From an uncultured SAR86 cluster bacterium (lineage in GTDB: Bacteria; Pseudomonadota; Gammaproteobacteria; Magnimaribacterales; TMED112): a stretch of 64,000 nucleotides of DNA. The notes beneath the pieces were generated by a model, which saw nothing but the letters and a program-made list of their open reading frames with translations, ran no database searches and was not told the DNA's origin. Positions 1 through 10,871 of the stretch are shown here, piece after piece; position 1 is the stretch's first letter, and each line of letters starts with the position of its first letter. The stretch is taken from NCBI GenBank assembly GCA_902610995.1, contig CACLXU010000002.1, positions 64,036 through 128,035 of the forward strand, given 5' to 3'. Made by a program: the position numbers and the translations under genes.

Positions 1-2896
1 TTAAAACAGGTAAAAATTTCTCTGAATTTGTTGTGTTAAGTCGGTTTATTGGTTTTAGTCTCGAAGAAAGAGTTGGTCTTAAGAGAGATATTGGGTGCTG
101 ACTAAAGTAGAATCCAAATGATTCTAATTCCATTTTTAGTTTTTCTGAATCGCTAAAATTTGTTATCTCTAACTTTGCAACCTTAAGATCCTCGTTCGAG
201 TCAAACATTTCCATAACACCTGATTCTTTGGATTTAAACTTTTGCTCTGATGCCTCTAAATAGTTTCTAATTGATGAGATCGCTAAATCTCTCTCGCATA
301 TACCATCAAAAGCACCTGATTTAGCAAGACTTTGAAGGGCCCGTATGCCACCTTTCCTTAAATCAACTCTTGAGGCAAAATCCATCAAATTTTTAAAGGG
401 TCCTGATTGCCTTTGCAAACAAACCTCCTCTACAAATTTTGTACCAACATCTTTAAGAGCAGCCAAACCATATTCAATTTGGTTTTGGCTATTAACAACA
501 AAATTTGAAAACGAATTATTTATATCTGGAGGCAGTATATCAATGCCCATTAAACTACAATCCTTAACATGAGGTTCTAACTTGTCTGTTTTATCCTGCT
601 CTGAGGAGAGAACTGAGGCTATAAAGTGTGATGGATAATGTGTTTTTAGATATGCTGTTTGGTATGCGATAAGTGCGTATGCAGCAGAATGTGATTTATT
701 AAATCCATAACCAGCAAATTTTTCAATATTATCAAAAATTTCAATAGCTTTTCTTTCTGGAATGTCATTGTTTTTACAACCAGATACAAAAGAACCTTTT
801 TCTTCTTCCATCACATCAGCTTTTTTCTTTCCCATTGCTCTTCTAAGATTATCTGCATCACCCAGGCTATATGAGGCTAAAACCTGTGCTGCTTCCATGA
901 CCTGTTCCTGATATACAAAAACACCATATGTTTCATTTAAAACTTTCTTGAGTGATGGATGCTGGTAAGAAATACTATCTCTACCATTTTTTCTATTAAT
1001 ATAGTCGTCGGCCATCCCAGAATTAAGTGGACCAGGTCTATATAGTGCGACAAGTGCAACGATATCAGAAAAGTTTTCAGGTTTCATGCGTTTAATGAGG
1101 TCAATCATTCCACTTGATTCAAGCTGGAATATGCCTTTTGTTTTTCCAGAGCTTAAAAGATCAAAGACTTTAGGGTCATCAAACGAAATTGATTTGAGCT
1201 TAAAATGTGGATCAATTTTTTCTACTGACTTAACTGCATTATTTATTACTGTTAAAGTTCTTAAGCCAAGGAAATCAAACTTTACTAGGCCAACATCTTC
1301 AACATCGTACATATCCAGCTGTGTGGCCATAGAGTTGGTTTCAGAATCAAAATGTAATGGAGTAAATTCATGAATATCATCTGGGGCGATTACTACTCCT
1401 GCAGCATGCTTACCTATACTTCTAGCGCATCCCTCAAGTTTTAATGCAAGGTCAATAACCTCTGCAGCCTCATCATTTTCTTTAATTAGAGCTTTTAACT
1501 CATCAGAATCATCAATTGCTTCTTGAAGCTTTATTCCAGGAGTTAGGGGAATCATTTTCGCAATCATATCACCAAAACCATAGGGCTTACCCAGGATTCT
1601 AGTTACATCTCTTGTTACTCCTCTAGCTGCCATTGTTCCCAGGGTACCAATCTGAGCAACGGATTTTTCTCCATATTTCTTTTGAACATATTCGATAACT
1701 TTATCTCTTCCCTCAATGCAAAAATCTATATCAAAATCTGGTAGTGAGGGTCTTTCAGGATTGAGGAATCTTTCAAAAAGCAATCCGTTTTTAAGTGGGT
1801 CTAATGAGGTTATTGAAAGCACAAAAGCAACTAGTGAACCGGCACCCGAACCTCTGCCAGGCCCTACTGGAATTTGCTGATCTTTTGCCCAACGAACAAA
1901 ATCCATCACAATAAGAAAGTAACCTGGGTAACCCTTATCTATGATTATCTCAAGTTCTTTAGCTAATCTTTCCGTATATAATTTCTGGTCTAAATCTGGA
2001 TTATTTTTAAAATAGATCTGAAGCTTCTCTAAAGCAGTTTTTTTAAGATGGTTTTCTAGACTTTCAGAATTTTCTACCTCATATGATGGCAGGTAGTAAT
2101 CACCTTCACCAACTTCTAGGTTGCACATCTTTGCAATAGTAGTGGTGTTATCTAAGGCATGTGCTGGATGAATTTGTTTCATTTCATCAAAGGTTTTGAA
2201 ATATTGTTCGGTCGAGACATTTGAGTTTTCTACCTCATCTTTAAGAAGAGATGAATTATTTATAGCTACTTTTGCTTGATGAGCTAAATGATCATCTTTA
2301 CTAATGAATAAAACATCATTTAACGCAACTAAAGGAATAGATTTTTTGTCAGCAAGTTCTGCTATAAATCCTGTAGTATTTGAATAATCCTTTTGATAGC
2401 AGCTTGCCCCTACAAAGAGATTTCCATTAAATACCGAACTAAAACGGTCCATTTTTTCTTCGACATATACTGGTTTATTGATTATGTTCCTCTGAAAATC
2501 TTCACTATCTGCCGGAAGTATGCATACAAGGTCATTTGGGTTAGAGATAATTGTTGATTCTAAAATATATTTCTCACCTTTCTCAGACATTAAGAATGAT
2601 TCGGTACTTAATGCAAATAGTTTCTCTAACCCTTTTTTATTTTTTGCATATAGTAAGACATTTGATTTTTCTCCATCACTTCCTTTAAGGTCTAAATCAA
2701 TGCCACAGATTGGCTTTATTCCTGAATTTATTGCATGTCTGTAAAACTTAACCAAACCAAAAAACCCGTTCTTATCAGTCAATGCAACTGCATGCATGCC
2801 ATTGTGCTTAGCTGTCTCAATTATGCTCTTTGGATTTGGTAACCCTGAACTAATACTAAAATGGGATTTTACTTGGAGGTGAACAAAATTAGACAT
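1..2896 (-). CDS. dnaE: DNA polymerase III alpha subunit, N-terminal ~965 codons (3' end runs off the window)
   Basis: Absent from the ORF track because there is no stop inside the window. My translation from the ATG at 2896 gives MSNFVHLQVKSHFSISSGLPNPKSIIETAKHNGMHAVALTDKNG, and later GPGRGSGAGSLVAF, DFDIDF and FNKSHSAAYA. It follows lpxB-rnhB as in E. coli. Confidence 0.95.
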   Translation of the reverse strand, partial: MSNFVHLQVKSHFSISSGLPNPKSIIETAKHNGMHAVALTDKNGFFGLVKFYRHAINSGIKPICGIDLDLKGSDGEKSNVLLYAKNKKGLEKLFALSTESFLMSEKGEKYILESTIISNPNDLVCILPADSEDFQRNIINKPVYVEEKMDRFSSVFNGNLFVGASCYQKDYSNTTGFIAELADKKSIPLVALNDVLFISKDDHLAHQAKVAINNSSLLKDEVENSNVSTEQYFKTFDEMKQIHPAHALDNTTTIAKMCNLEVGEGDYYLPSYEVENSESLENHLKKTALEKLQIYFKNNPDLDQKLYTERLAKELEIIIDKGYPGYFLIVMDFVRWAKDQQIPVGPGRGSGAGSLVAFVLSITSLDPLKNGLLFERFLNPERPSLPDFDIDFCIEGRDKVIEYVQKKYGEKSVAQIGTLGTMAARGVTRDVTRILGKPYGFGDMIAKMIPLTPGIKLQEAIDDSDELKALIKENDEAAEVIDLALKLEGCARSIGKHAAGVVIAPDDIHEFTPLHFDSETNSMATQLDMYDVEDVGLVKFDFLGLRTLTVINNAVKSVEKIDPHFKLKSISFDDPKVFDLLSSGKTKGIFQLESSGMIDLIKRMKPENFSDIVALVALYRPGPLNSGMADDYINRKNGRDSISYQHPSLKKVLNETYGVFVYQEQVMEAAQVLASYSLGDADNLRRAMGKKKADVMEEEKGSFVSGCKNNDIPERKAIEIFDNIEKFAGYGFNKSHSAAYALIAYQTAYLKTHYPSHFIASVLSSEQDKTDKLEPHVKDCSLMGIDILPPDINNSFSNFVVNSQNQIEYGLAALKDVGTKFVEEVCLQRQSGPFKNLMDFASRVDLRKGGIRALQSLAKSGAFDGICERDLAISSIRNYLEASEQKFKSKESGVMEMFDSNEDLKVAKLEITNFSDSEKLKMELESFGFYFSQHPISLLRPTLSSRLKPINRLNTTNSEKFLPVL

Positions 2897-2898
2897 AA

Positions 2899-3438
2899 TT
2901 AAATTTTAAAACTTTTTCGGTGAATCTCAGATAGTCCATGGCGAGAAATTGCATTTTTATGCTCTGGCGTTGGATATCCCTTGTTGTTCTGGAAGGAATA
3001 AAATTTATATTTCTCTGAATATATTTGCATCAAAGAATCTCTAAAAACCTTAGCAAAAACTGATGCAGCCGATATTTCTTGGATTAAACTATCGCCCTTT
3101 ATTACTGAATCAGCATTTTGAATCCCCTCAGGAACATGAGAACCATCAATGAGAATTTGTTTGGGGAATACTGGAAGGTTTTTTAACGCTCTCTTCATGG
3201 CTAAATGAGATGCATTAAGGACATTTAATTCATCAATTTCATGAGGGGTTGCAACACCTATAGAATAATAACAATTTTGTTTGATTAAGCTATATTGCAG
3301 CTGGCGATTTCGTTCAGAAGTTTTTTTTGAATCTTTAAAGATTACTTTTCCCTTAAAATCACCCAAGATTACAGCAGCTGATATTATTGGCCCTGCTAAA
3401 CAGCCCAGACCGACCTCATCTACTCCTGCAATCATCAT
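2899..3438 (-). CDS. rnhB: Ribonuclease HII
   Basis: 179 aa with N-terminus MMIAGVDEVGLGCLAGPI, typical of RNase HII. Lies between lpxB and dnaE. Its start overlaps the lpxB stop by 23 nt. Confidence 0.9.
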   Translation of the reverse strand: MMIAGVDEVGLGCLAGPIISAAVILGDFKGKVIFKDSKKTSERNRQLQYSLIKQNCYYSIGVATPHEIDELNVLNASHLAMKRALKNLPVFPKQILIDGSHVPEGIQNADSVIKGDSLIQEISAASVFAKVFRDSLMQIYSEKYKFYSFQNNKGYPTPEHKNAISRHGLSEIHRKSFKI

Positions 3439-4498
3439 AGAATTTTTCTGTGAAACTTTTAAAGTTCGGTAAACTAATTTTATTTTTTGATTCTTTTAAA
3501 GATTTAAGAATTTTAGTTCTATTGGCAATTAGATTATTTAATTCTTTTTGAATATTTTTTGAAGAAAAATTTGTCTGGATAAACTCTTTAAAAATCTCTT
3601 TGCCAGAAATAATATTTGGAAGTCCAATAAACTTGGTTTTAACAAATATTCTTAAAAGGAAGAAGTTTAGAAAGTTTGTTCTATACACAATTACTGATGG
3701 GACCTCTAAAAGCATAGCTTCAAGCGTTGCTGTTCCAGAGCAAACAACAGCAGCTGCTGATTTAGAGAGAGATTCCATTGAGCTTTCCATAGTTGCTTTA
3801 ATATTTTTTTCGTCCTTAATATATTTCTCAACCAGTTTTTTATTCTCGTTGCTGTAACATGGAATCACTGCCTGATATTTTTTGTTGTTATTAAATGATT
3901 TAAATGAATCAATCATTATCCCAACATTACTTTTTATCTCTGAGGTTCTGCTTCCTGGAAGCAAACATATTAAGTTCTCAGTTTTATTATCTTGAAAAGA
4001 CTCTGACTGTCTAACTAAAGGATGTCCTACACAGAAGCTAGATTTATTAACATTTGCTGCATATTTTTTTTCAAAATCAAATAAATACAGCATGTAATCA
4101 ATATACTTGAATTGATTTATTCTTCTTGATCTCCAAGCCCATACTGATGGACAAACAACATGAGCAGTAGGGATCCCTTTCAATTTTAGAGCTTTATGGA
4201 TTCCAATATTAAAGTCAGGCGAATCAATACCTATAAATAAATCAATATCGTTTGAAATAAACTTTTTAATTAATCTGCTTTGGTAAGCTTTGATCTTTGA
4301 ATAATTTAAAATTGGATCGATCAAACCCATTATTTCAAGTTCCCTTCTGTCCTTTTCAACAGAGTATTTTTTTAAGGGACCGCTTCCCACTCCGACCACT
4401 TCAACTGTATCGAATTTTTCACTTAAGCTCTCAATAAGCTCGGCACCAAGTAAATCGCCTGAAGGCTCTGCAGAAACTATTCCTATCTTAAGTTTCAA
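3416..4498 (-). CDS. lpxB: Lipid-A-disaccharide synthase
   Basis: 360 aa, IGIVSAEPSGDLLGAELI N-terminus. Conserved position after lpxA. Confidence 0.9.
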   Translation of the reverse strand: MKLKIGIVSAEPSGDLLGAELIESLSEKFDTVEVVGVGSGPLKKYSVEKDRRELEIMGLIDPILNYSKIKAYQSRLIKKFISNDIDLFIGIDSPDFNIGIHKALKLKGIPTAHVVCPSVWAWRSRRINQFKYIDYMLYLFDFEKKYAANVNKSSFCVGHPLVRQSESFQDNKTENLICLLPGSRTSEIKSNVGIMIDSFKSFNNNKKYQAVIPCYSNENKKLVEKYIKDEKNIKATMESSMESLSKSAAAVVCSGTATLEAMLLEVPSVIVYRTNFLNFFLLRIFVKTKFIGLPNIISGKEIFKEFIQTNFSSKNIQKELNNLIANRTKILKSLKESKNKISLPNFKSFTEKFYDDCRSR

Positions 4499-5275
4499 TT
4501 ACCTCAGAATTCCTCTGGATGATGATTTTATAGACTCTATAAATAATTCAATGTGCTCATCTAAATTACATTCATTATTAATTTTTTGAATTGCATCCTC
4601 AACTCTTAGACTATCGCGATAAAAAATTTTATAAGCTTTTTTTAGATTTGAAATCTCATTTTTTGTAAATGCATTTCTTTCAAGTGCAATGGAGTTTAAG
4701 CCAGCAGGTTTTGTTGGATTGCCTGCAACTCTTATAAATGCTGGGATGTCCATTGTGATGTGGGAACCCATTCCAGAAAAAGAGAATGATCCTAATTGGC
4801 AAAATTGATGAACTAATGTGTACCCACCAAGAGTTATATTATCTTTCAAAGTAACGTGGCCTGCTAATGCAGTGTTATCGACGAGGACATTGTTATTTCC
4901 GAGTATGCAATCATGCGCAATCATTACTCCTGGCATTATCAAATTATTATTGCCTATTTTTGTAGAGCTAATTCCTGCTTTTGTGCCTCTATGGACCTTG
5001 GAAAATTCTCTAAACGTATTATTTTGACCTACTTCAAGAGTTGTATTTTCACCTTTAAACTTCAAGTCAGGCGTATCCTCGCCAACTATGCAAAAGGGAA
5101 AGAATTTATTTCCTGAACCAAATTTGCTTGGCCCCTTTATGACAACATGTGAATTTAAAATACAATTTTCACCCAAGGACACATTTGGTCCAATCACACA
5201 AAATGGACCAATCTCTACACTGTCATGAATGTCACACGATTCATCAACGATTGCGGTTTTATGTATTTTAGCCAT
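4499..5275 (-). CDS. lpxA: UDP-N-acetylglucosamine O-acyltransferase
   Basis: 258 aa with left-handed beta-helix hexapeptide repeats (IHKTAIVDESCDIHDSVEIGPFCVIGPNVSLGENC). Part of the fabZ-lpxA-lpxB order. Confidence 0.92.
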   Translation of the reverse strand: MAKIHKTAIVDESCDIHDSVEIGPFCVIGPNVSLGENCILNSHVVIKGPSKFGSGNKFFPFCIVGEDTPDLKFKGENTTLEVGQNNTFREFSKVHRGTKAGISSTKIGNNNLIMPGVMIAHDCILGNNNVLVDNTALAGHVTLKDNITLGGYTLVHQFCQLGSFSFSGMGSHITMDIPAFIRVAGNPTKPAGLNSIALERNAFTKNEISNLKKAYKIFYRDSLRVEDAIQKINNECNLDEHIELFIESIKSSSRGILR

Positions 5276-5705
5276 CTAAACTTTTATCAGCGCACAAAAT
5301 ATTAGCAGAGCACACAACTTTATTATCGACAGATGACTCAGCAAAAAATTTCCACACGCCTCTTTTTGAGGTTATCACTTTTGATTTAATTTTAATAATA
5401 TCGTCTGGCAAAACTTTTTGTTTAAAGCGAACATTATCGATACCTGCTAATAAATATACGGAATCTTTTGAAGCATTTCTTTTCATTATATGGGCTCCCA
5501 AAACCCCACAAGCTTGCGCCATAGCTTCAAGGATAATAACCCCTGGTGTTATTGGGAAATTTGGAAAATGGCCTTCATAAAAGCTTTCGTCTTTTGGAAA
5601 TGTTTTTTCTGCAATAATTTCTTCAGAACTTATTTCAATAACCCTATCTAAGAAGAGAAATGGATCCCTGTGGGGTAAAACCTGTTTTATCTGCTCTATG
5701 TTCAT
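5268..5705 (-). CDS. fabZ: 3-hydroxyacyl-ACP dehydratase
   Basis: 145 aa with LPHRDPFLFLDRV and GHFP motifs. Lies between lpxD and lpxA. Confidence 0.93.
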   Translation of the reverse strand: MNIEQIKQVLPHRDPFLFLDRVIEISSEEIIAEKTFPKDESFYEGHFPNFPITPGVIILEAMAQACGVLGAHIMKRNASKDSVYLLAGIDNVRFKQKVLPDDIIKIKSKVITSKRGVWKFFAESSVDNKVVCSANILCADKSLDG

Positions 5706-6604
5706 TTTATCTTTTTTAATTTAGCTATAAACTTTAGCGAATCCGAATGCTCCTGCATTGGCATAATCCCACTATAAACTCCAGCTTTTGTAATACTTTT
5801 TGTAACAAATGTATGTGCTAAAACTGTTACTCCATTAGCTATATTTAGATGGTCAGCAACACCCACATGCCCACTTAGCTGACAGTTGGCTCCAATAGTT
5901 GTGCTTCCTGCTATTGCGGTTTGTGCAGCAATTGCCGTATTTTCACCGATTTGAACATTATGGGCGATATGAATCTGATTATCTAGAATTACTCCATCTG
6001 AAAGAACTGTATTATCAAGGGCGCCTCTATCAATTACTGAATTGGCTCCTATTTCGACATTATTTCCTATATGAACACCCCCTAGATGATGGATCTTGCA
6101 CCACCCTCCTTTAACCGGGGCAAAACCAAATCCATCGCTACCTATTACCACTCCAGAGTGAATTATGCAGCCATCTCCAATCTGAGTATTGGGATATATT
6201 GAAACATTATCGTGAATACGCACATTATCTCCAATCACACAGTTATTATTGATAACACTATTTCTTCCAATTGAAATATTTTTTCCTAAGCTGCTTTCAA
6301 CTGCATTATTTCTTTTTTCATAAATTTTAAAGAACTCCTCTGTTAATTTCGCAAATCCTAGATATGGATCATCAACTATTAAGAAGTTGGATTCTCCATT
6401 AATTTTTTTTGAAATTTCAGAAGTTGTTAGAATTGCTCCAGCATCAGAGCTTAAATTTTTAAGATCAATTTTAGACTTGATAAAACAAATTGAATTACTG
6501 TTACATACAGCAAAGTTTTCTATGTTATATATTTGTTTTTTTGGATCGCCTTTTATCTCACCAGAAACAATTTTGCTTAAATGCTCTAGTGAGAAAAAAT
6601 CCAT
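5702..6604 (-). CDS. lpxD: UDP-3-O-acylglucosamine N-acyltransferase
   Basis: 300 aa, an N-terminal domain followed by hexapeptide repeats (IGDNVRIHDNVSIYPNTQIGDGCIIHSGVVIG). Part of the skp-lpxD-fabZ order. Confidence 0.88.
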   Translation of the reverse strand: MDFFSLEHLSKIVSGEIKGDPKKQIYNIENFAVCNSNSICFIKSKIDLKNLSSDAGAILTTSEISKKINGESNFLIVDDPYLGFAKLTEEFFKIYEKRNNAVESSLGKNISIGRNSVINNNCVIGDNVRIHDNVSIYPNTQIGDGCIIHSGVVIGSDGFGFAPVKGGWCKIHHLGGVHIGNNVEIGANSVIDRGALDNTVLSDGVILDNQIHIAHNVQIGENTAIAAQTAIAGSTTIGANCQLSGHVGVADHLNIANGVTVLAHTFVTKSITKAGVYSGIMPMQEHSDSLKFIAKLKKIK

Positions 6605-6609
6605 TAAAT

Positions 6610-7134
6610 CTATTCAGATTTATCTGCAAGAGCTACATCTAATAAAGCTGTAACCTCGTCAGTAATATCTAAATCAGGATTTGCGTAGAAAAGTGCTTGA
6701 GGAGAAACTACCATATCCATATTTTTTGCATTTATAAGTTCTCCAAGAATTCTATTAAAATCTTCAGAAAGATCATTGATTACTGCTTGTTGCGCTTCCT
6801 GAGCTTTTGTTTGAAGTTTATTTGCAAGAAATTGAATCTCATTTTGTTTATCTTGCACTTTTTTCTGCATATCAACTTTTTGCTCATCAGAAAGTGTTTC
6901 AATATCTTGTTGAAATTGTTCAATTAACTCTTGACCCTCTGCCTGTAGGAGTTCAAGTCTTTCTCTATCAGCGATAAAGTCAGAATCCTCTTCAAGCTGT
7001 TTAAAAGAATCCTTCGCATACTGGGTGCTTAGCATCGCTCTTTCTGCATTCAATACAAACGTTCCCTCTGAGTATAGTGCTGAAGAAAATACGATAAATA
7101 AAAATAGTGTTAGTGTCTTTTGTAAAATTTTCAT
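6610..7134 (-). CDS. skp: Periplasmic chaperone Skp/OmpH family
   Basis: 174 aa with a signal peptide and a Q/E/K-rich coiled-coil body. Lies directly downstream of bamA. Confidence 0.8.
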   Translation of the reverse strand: MKILQKTLTLFLFIVFSSALYSEGTFVLNAERAMLSTQYAKDSFKQLEEDSDFIADRERLELLQAEGQELIEQFQQDIETLSDEQKVDMQKKVQDKQNEIQFLANKLQTKAQEAQQAVINDLSEDFNRILGELINAKNMDMVVSPQALFYANPDLDITDEVTALLDVALADKSE

Positions 7135-7191
7135 AATTTAATCCCTTAAGAATGGCTATTTTATATAACTTTTTGTTAAGAATCGAGTTTT

Positions 7192-9591
7192 TTAGAATTT
7201 ATTTCCAACTGTAAACTCGAATCTTTTTACTCTATCGAGTGAATCATTATTAAATGGTATTGCGAGATAGACACTGACAGGGCCAAATGGAGTTATAGCA
7301 CTTCCTCCTAATCCATAGGAGCCCCTCAACTCTTCAAAAGCTGGTTTAAAACATTGCGTTTGATAGCTTTGGCAAAAAGTGGAGAACACATTTCCTAAGT
7401 CCACAAAGAATGCTGATCTGAATTGATTTTGGTCTTCGACAAATGGCAACTTAAATATTAGGTTAAGACTAGTTTCTAAAAGAACATTTCCTCCGATCGG
7501 TCTGTTGATTCTGTATGTTGCATATTGGTTATAATATGGTGTTTCAGGAATGCCATCAAAATTTGAATCCAATAGTGGCGGGCAGTAATCGTTTTCAGAA
7601 TCATACTCATAACATGGAACTGGTGTAATTCTTGGACCCAAACTATTTGTCTCATATCCTTTTACCGAGTATGGTCCACCTGCGTAGAAGTTTTCAAAAT
7701 AAGGCGGAATCTTGGTATCTCCATAGGCACCAGTGTAGCCAACTCTACTTGCAGCTTTAAAAATAAAATCACCAAATAAAGGTTGGTAATACTCGTTTTT
7801 AATATCCAGTCGATAGTAATTTAGAGTTGAGCCTGGCACAGTCGACTGGAGTGATACTTGATAAAGTGTTCCTTCGGTAGGAAAAATTCCTCTATTTAGA
7901 GTAACCCTTGTCCAAAAACCTTGAAGTTTAAATGTATCAAACTCAGAGCCTTCACTCTCAAGAAAATCTAATATTTCCCTTGATGACAAACCTTGTTGTT
8001 GTAGTTCAGTATGATCATAAGCAATATTAAGCCCTAATCTTTGAATCTCAGAGATTGGATACCCAAATGTTATAGCTGCTCCGTAACTTGAGGTGTTGTA
8101 ATCAGTAAGACCAAATGCAGAATAGTCAAATTCTCTTAAGTTTATTGAGTAGCCTCTACTAACGCCATCAATGTTGTAATATGGGTTTTCATAGTTTAAA
8201 AAGACATTTTTTGAATAATCACTAACATTTGAACCTATGCCAACCGTGTTTCCACTTCCCAGAAAGTTTTGTTGTTGGATGTTGAAATTAAACGAAAAGC
8301 CAAACTGAGAGTAGCCAAAACCTCCAACCACATTACCATATTGTTGTTCTTCAACATCAAAAACAACATCAACAAGGTCTTCTTCCCCGGGTACAGGAAC
8401 AGTCTCTACATTAACAGTTTTAAAGTAGCCTGTTCTCTCGAGTAAAATTTTAGAATTTTCAATTTGCTGGTTAGACGCAGGAGCACCTTCAAATTGCCTC
8501 ATTTCTCGTCTAAGAACTTCATCAGTTGTGAAATCATTGCCATTAAAAATTATTCTTCTTGTATAGTTTTTTCTTCCAGGATTAAAAAGAAATGTTATCT
8601 CTGCCGATTTATCCTCTTCGTTGATTGTTGGAACACCTTCAACTTCTGCAAATGTATAACCTTCATTTCCGAGAATATTTGCAAAAAATTCTTCATAGCT
8701 GGTTATTAGGGATTCAGAGTAAAATGAACCTTCAGGAATGTTGATAAACTCCTCAAAGAAGCTCTTTTCTAAGGGTAAATCACCTGAAATTTTTGTATTG
8801 CTGACAGTATATTGCTCGCCCTCTTTTACTATGAGCGTAATAAAAAGTTCTTCAAGGTCATCACTTATTGAAACTTGGGAGGAATCTAGGCTAAATTGCA
8901 AATAACCCCTATCTTTGTAGAAGGCCTCGAGATTTTCAAGATCTGTTCTTAATTTTTCCCTCGTGTATTTATCATCATTTGTGAAAACCGATAAAAACGA
9001 ACCCTCAGAAAGTTCAAATATATTTTTGAGATCATCATCAGTAAAGGAATCATTCCCAATTATTTCAATTGAAGCAATTGCTGTTGATGAGCCTTCATCT
9101 ATTTCGATATTTATCTCAACTCTGTTTCGTGGTCTTTGCTTTTGCTCAACATCCACTGAAGCTCCATATCTCCCCTGTTGAGAATATTGAGCCTGCAATC
9201 CTTTGGTAATCATATCTAAGGTTGCTCTCTTTAAAACAGAGCCCTCAGACACACCTTCAGAAGCTAGTGCACCAAGAAGGTCATTTGTTTCGATAGCTGA
9301 GTTTCCATCTATGGAAATAGCAGATATAGTTGGACGTTCCTCGACTTGAACAAAGAGTACATTTTCTTGTGATGAAAGTTCAATATCATCAAATTGTCCG
9401 GTAGCAAACAGAGTTCTAATTATTCTCTGATAATCTTTTGAGGTGATTCTATCCCCAATAGTAACTGGGATAGTATCAAGTACACTCCCTAAAGATACTC
9501 TTTGCAAACCAATGATTCTTATATCTTCAACAACTATATTTGCTCCCAAAAGCGATGAAAATATTGTTGCCACTAGTATTAACTTTCTCAT
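7192..9591 (-). CDS. bamA: Outer membrane protein assembly factor BamA
   Basis: 799 aa with a signal peptide, POTRA-like repeats (IEGLQRVS-type) and a C-terminal barrel ending FEFTVGNKF. Lies between rseP and skp. Confidence 0.93.
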   Translation of the reverse strand: MRKLILVATIFSSLLGANIVVEDIRIIGLQRVSLGSVLDTIPVTIGDRITSKDYQRIIRTLFATGQFDDIELSSQENVLFVQVEERPTISAISIDGNSAIETNDLLGALASEGVSEGSVLKRATLDMITKGLQAQYSQQGRYGASVDVEQKQRPRNRVEINIEIDEGSSTAIASIEIIGNDSFTDDDLKNIFELSEGSFLSVFTNDDKYTREKLRTDLENLEAFYKDRGYLQFSLDSSQVSISDDLEELFITLIVKEGEQYTVSNTKISGDLPLEKSFFEEFINIPEGSFYSESLITSYEEFFANILGNEGYTFAEVEGVPTINEEDKSAEITFLFNPGRKNYTRRIIFNGNDFTTDEVLRREMRQFEGAPASNQQIENSKILLERTGYFKTVNVETVPVPGEEDLVDVVFDVEEQQYGNVVGGFGYSQFGFSFNFNIQQQNFLGSGNTVGIGSNVSDYSKNVFLNYENPYYNIDGVSRGYSINLREFDYSAFGLTDYNTSSYGAAITFGYPISEIQRLGLNIAYDHTELQQQGLSSREILDFLESEGSEFDTFKLQGFWTRVTLNRGIFPTEGTLYQVSLQSTVPGSTLNYYRLDIKNEYYQPLFGDFIFKAASRVGYTGAYGDTKIPPYFENFYAGGPYSVKGYETNSLGPRITPVPCYEYDSENDYCPPLLDSNFDGIPETPYYNQYATYRINRPIGGNVLLETSLNLIFKLPFVEDQNQFRSAFFVDLGNVFSTFCQSYQTQCFKPAFEELRGSYGLGGSAITPFGPVSVYLAIPFNNDSLDRVKRFEFTVGNKF

Positions 9592-10871
9592 ATTATTCTT
9601 CCCACATCATTGATGATGACATAAATCGTTAAAGCTATTATTAATAAATAACTTAGATTGAAAAGTGCTGCTTTTAGTTTCAAATTTATTGGTGATCCTT
9701 TTAGTTCCTCAACTAAGATAAACAAAAATTGACCGCCGTCAAGCATTGGAAGTGGCAAAAGGTTAAATGCTCCAAGACTAATACTTAAAATTGCCAATAG
9801 CAGTAGATATGGAATTAAGCCACTCGAGAGAGAATCGCCTGCTACTTTAGCTATCCCTACTGGGCCGCTCAGGTTATCAAGGCTTAAACTTCCAGTAAAA
9901 GTTCTAACAAGGAATTTAAAAGTATTGCTTATCCAAAAGATTGTCTGATCAAAGCCATACGATAAAGAATCATAGAAATTATTTCTCTCTGGAATCAAAC
10001 TGATCCCAAAAAATTCTCCCTCTCTTTTGGCAGGTAATACAAAATTTAAATTGTTTTCTCCTCTAATTACTGAAATATAAAATCTTTGTCCATACTCATT
10101 AAGAATATTATTTGCCTGAATTGTGGAATACACATCTTTATCATTAATAATTTTGATCAAGTCCCCTGTTCTTAAACCTGATTGAAAAGCAATACTATTC
10201 TCCGAGACAGAAGAGATTACTGGAGAGTAATCAACAAATGGTTGTAAATTAAAAAAAGACGAGGGACTTTGATCTTGTGGGAATGAAAGATTATTAACAT
10301 CCTTAAAAACTGAAAATTCTCTTTGATTTTCATAATCAAATAAGTCAATTTCAAAACGGCCCGTAAATCCAGAATTTTTAAAAAGTTCAATTTCAAGTTC
10401 TTGAGCATTTTTAACTGGTATATCATTTACACTCAGCACTCTGTAAATTTTTTCTTGGTTTGAGTCTAAAAGTTTTGCAGAAACTACATCAGATTCTCTT
10501 GGCATGAAAAAACCTACAAATGCAAAAATTACAAAAGCCAAAACAAAATTAAAAAATGGTCCCGCTAGCGTTACAAGACTTCGCTCTAGGGCAGGCCTAT
10601 TTGCCAATACATATTTCTTATCCTCACTTGAAAGCTGATTATAGTTAAGAGTGTCAGAAGGGTCATGAAACGCAACATATCCGCCAAAAGGGAGTGCTGA
10701 GAGAGAAAATTTTATACCATCTTTATTTTTCCAATTTATCAGGTCAGGACCAAATCCAATACTGAATTTCAGAATTTTTATTTTGAAATATCTAGCTACT
10801 GAATAATGCCCATATTCATGGAATGTCACTAAAACTAAAAAAAGAACTATTACGCCTATCAAAATACTCAT
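9588..10871 (-). CDS. rseP: RIP zinc metalloprotease RseP
   Basis: 427 aa with a HEYGHY (HExxH) motif in the first TM segment, a central PDZ-like region and a C-terminal NLLPLPMLDGG motif. Confidence 0.9.
   Translation of the reverse strand: MSILIGVIVLFLVLVTFHEYGHYSVARYFKIKILKFSIGFGPDLINWKNKDGIKFSLSALPFGGYVAFHDPSDTLNYNQLSSEDKKYVLANRPALERSLVTLAGPFFNFVLAFVIFAFVGFFMPRESDVVSAKLLDSNQEKIYRVLSVNDIPVKNAQELEIELFKNSGFTGRFEIDLFDYENQREFSVFKDVNNLSFPQDQSPSSFFNLQPFVDYSPVISSVSENSIAFQSGLRTGDLIKIINDKDVYSTIQANNILNEYGQRFYISVIRGENNLNFVLPAKREGEFFGISLIPERNNFYDSLSYGFDQTIFWISNTFKFLVRTFTGSLSLDNLSGPVGIAKVAGDSLSSGLIPYLLLLAILSISLGAFNLLPLPMLDGGQFLFILVEELKGSPINLKLKAALFNLSYLLIIALTIYVIINDVGRII

Noticed and set aside
7135-7191. 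The bamA-skp spacer as a possible regulatory RNA or promoter
   Set aside because: It is 57 nt with no convincing -35/-10 pair or stable hairpin. It is probably just an intercistronic spacer.
10217-10426. A 69-aa minus-strand ORF inside rseP, plus many other 60-90-aa track ORFs
   Set aside because: These are alternative frames of confidently assigned genes, with low-complexity translations.
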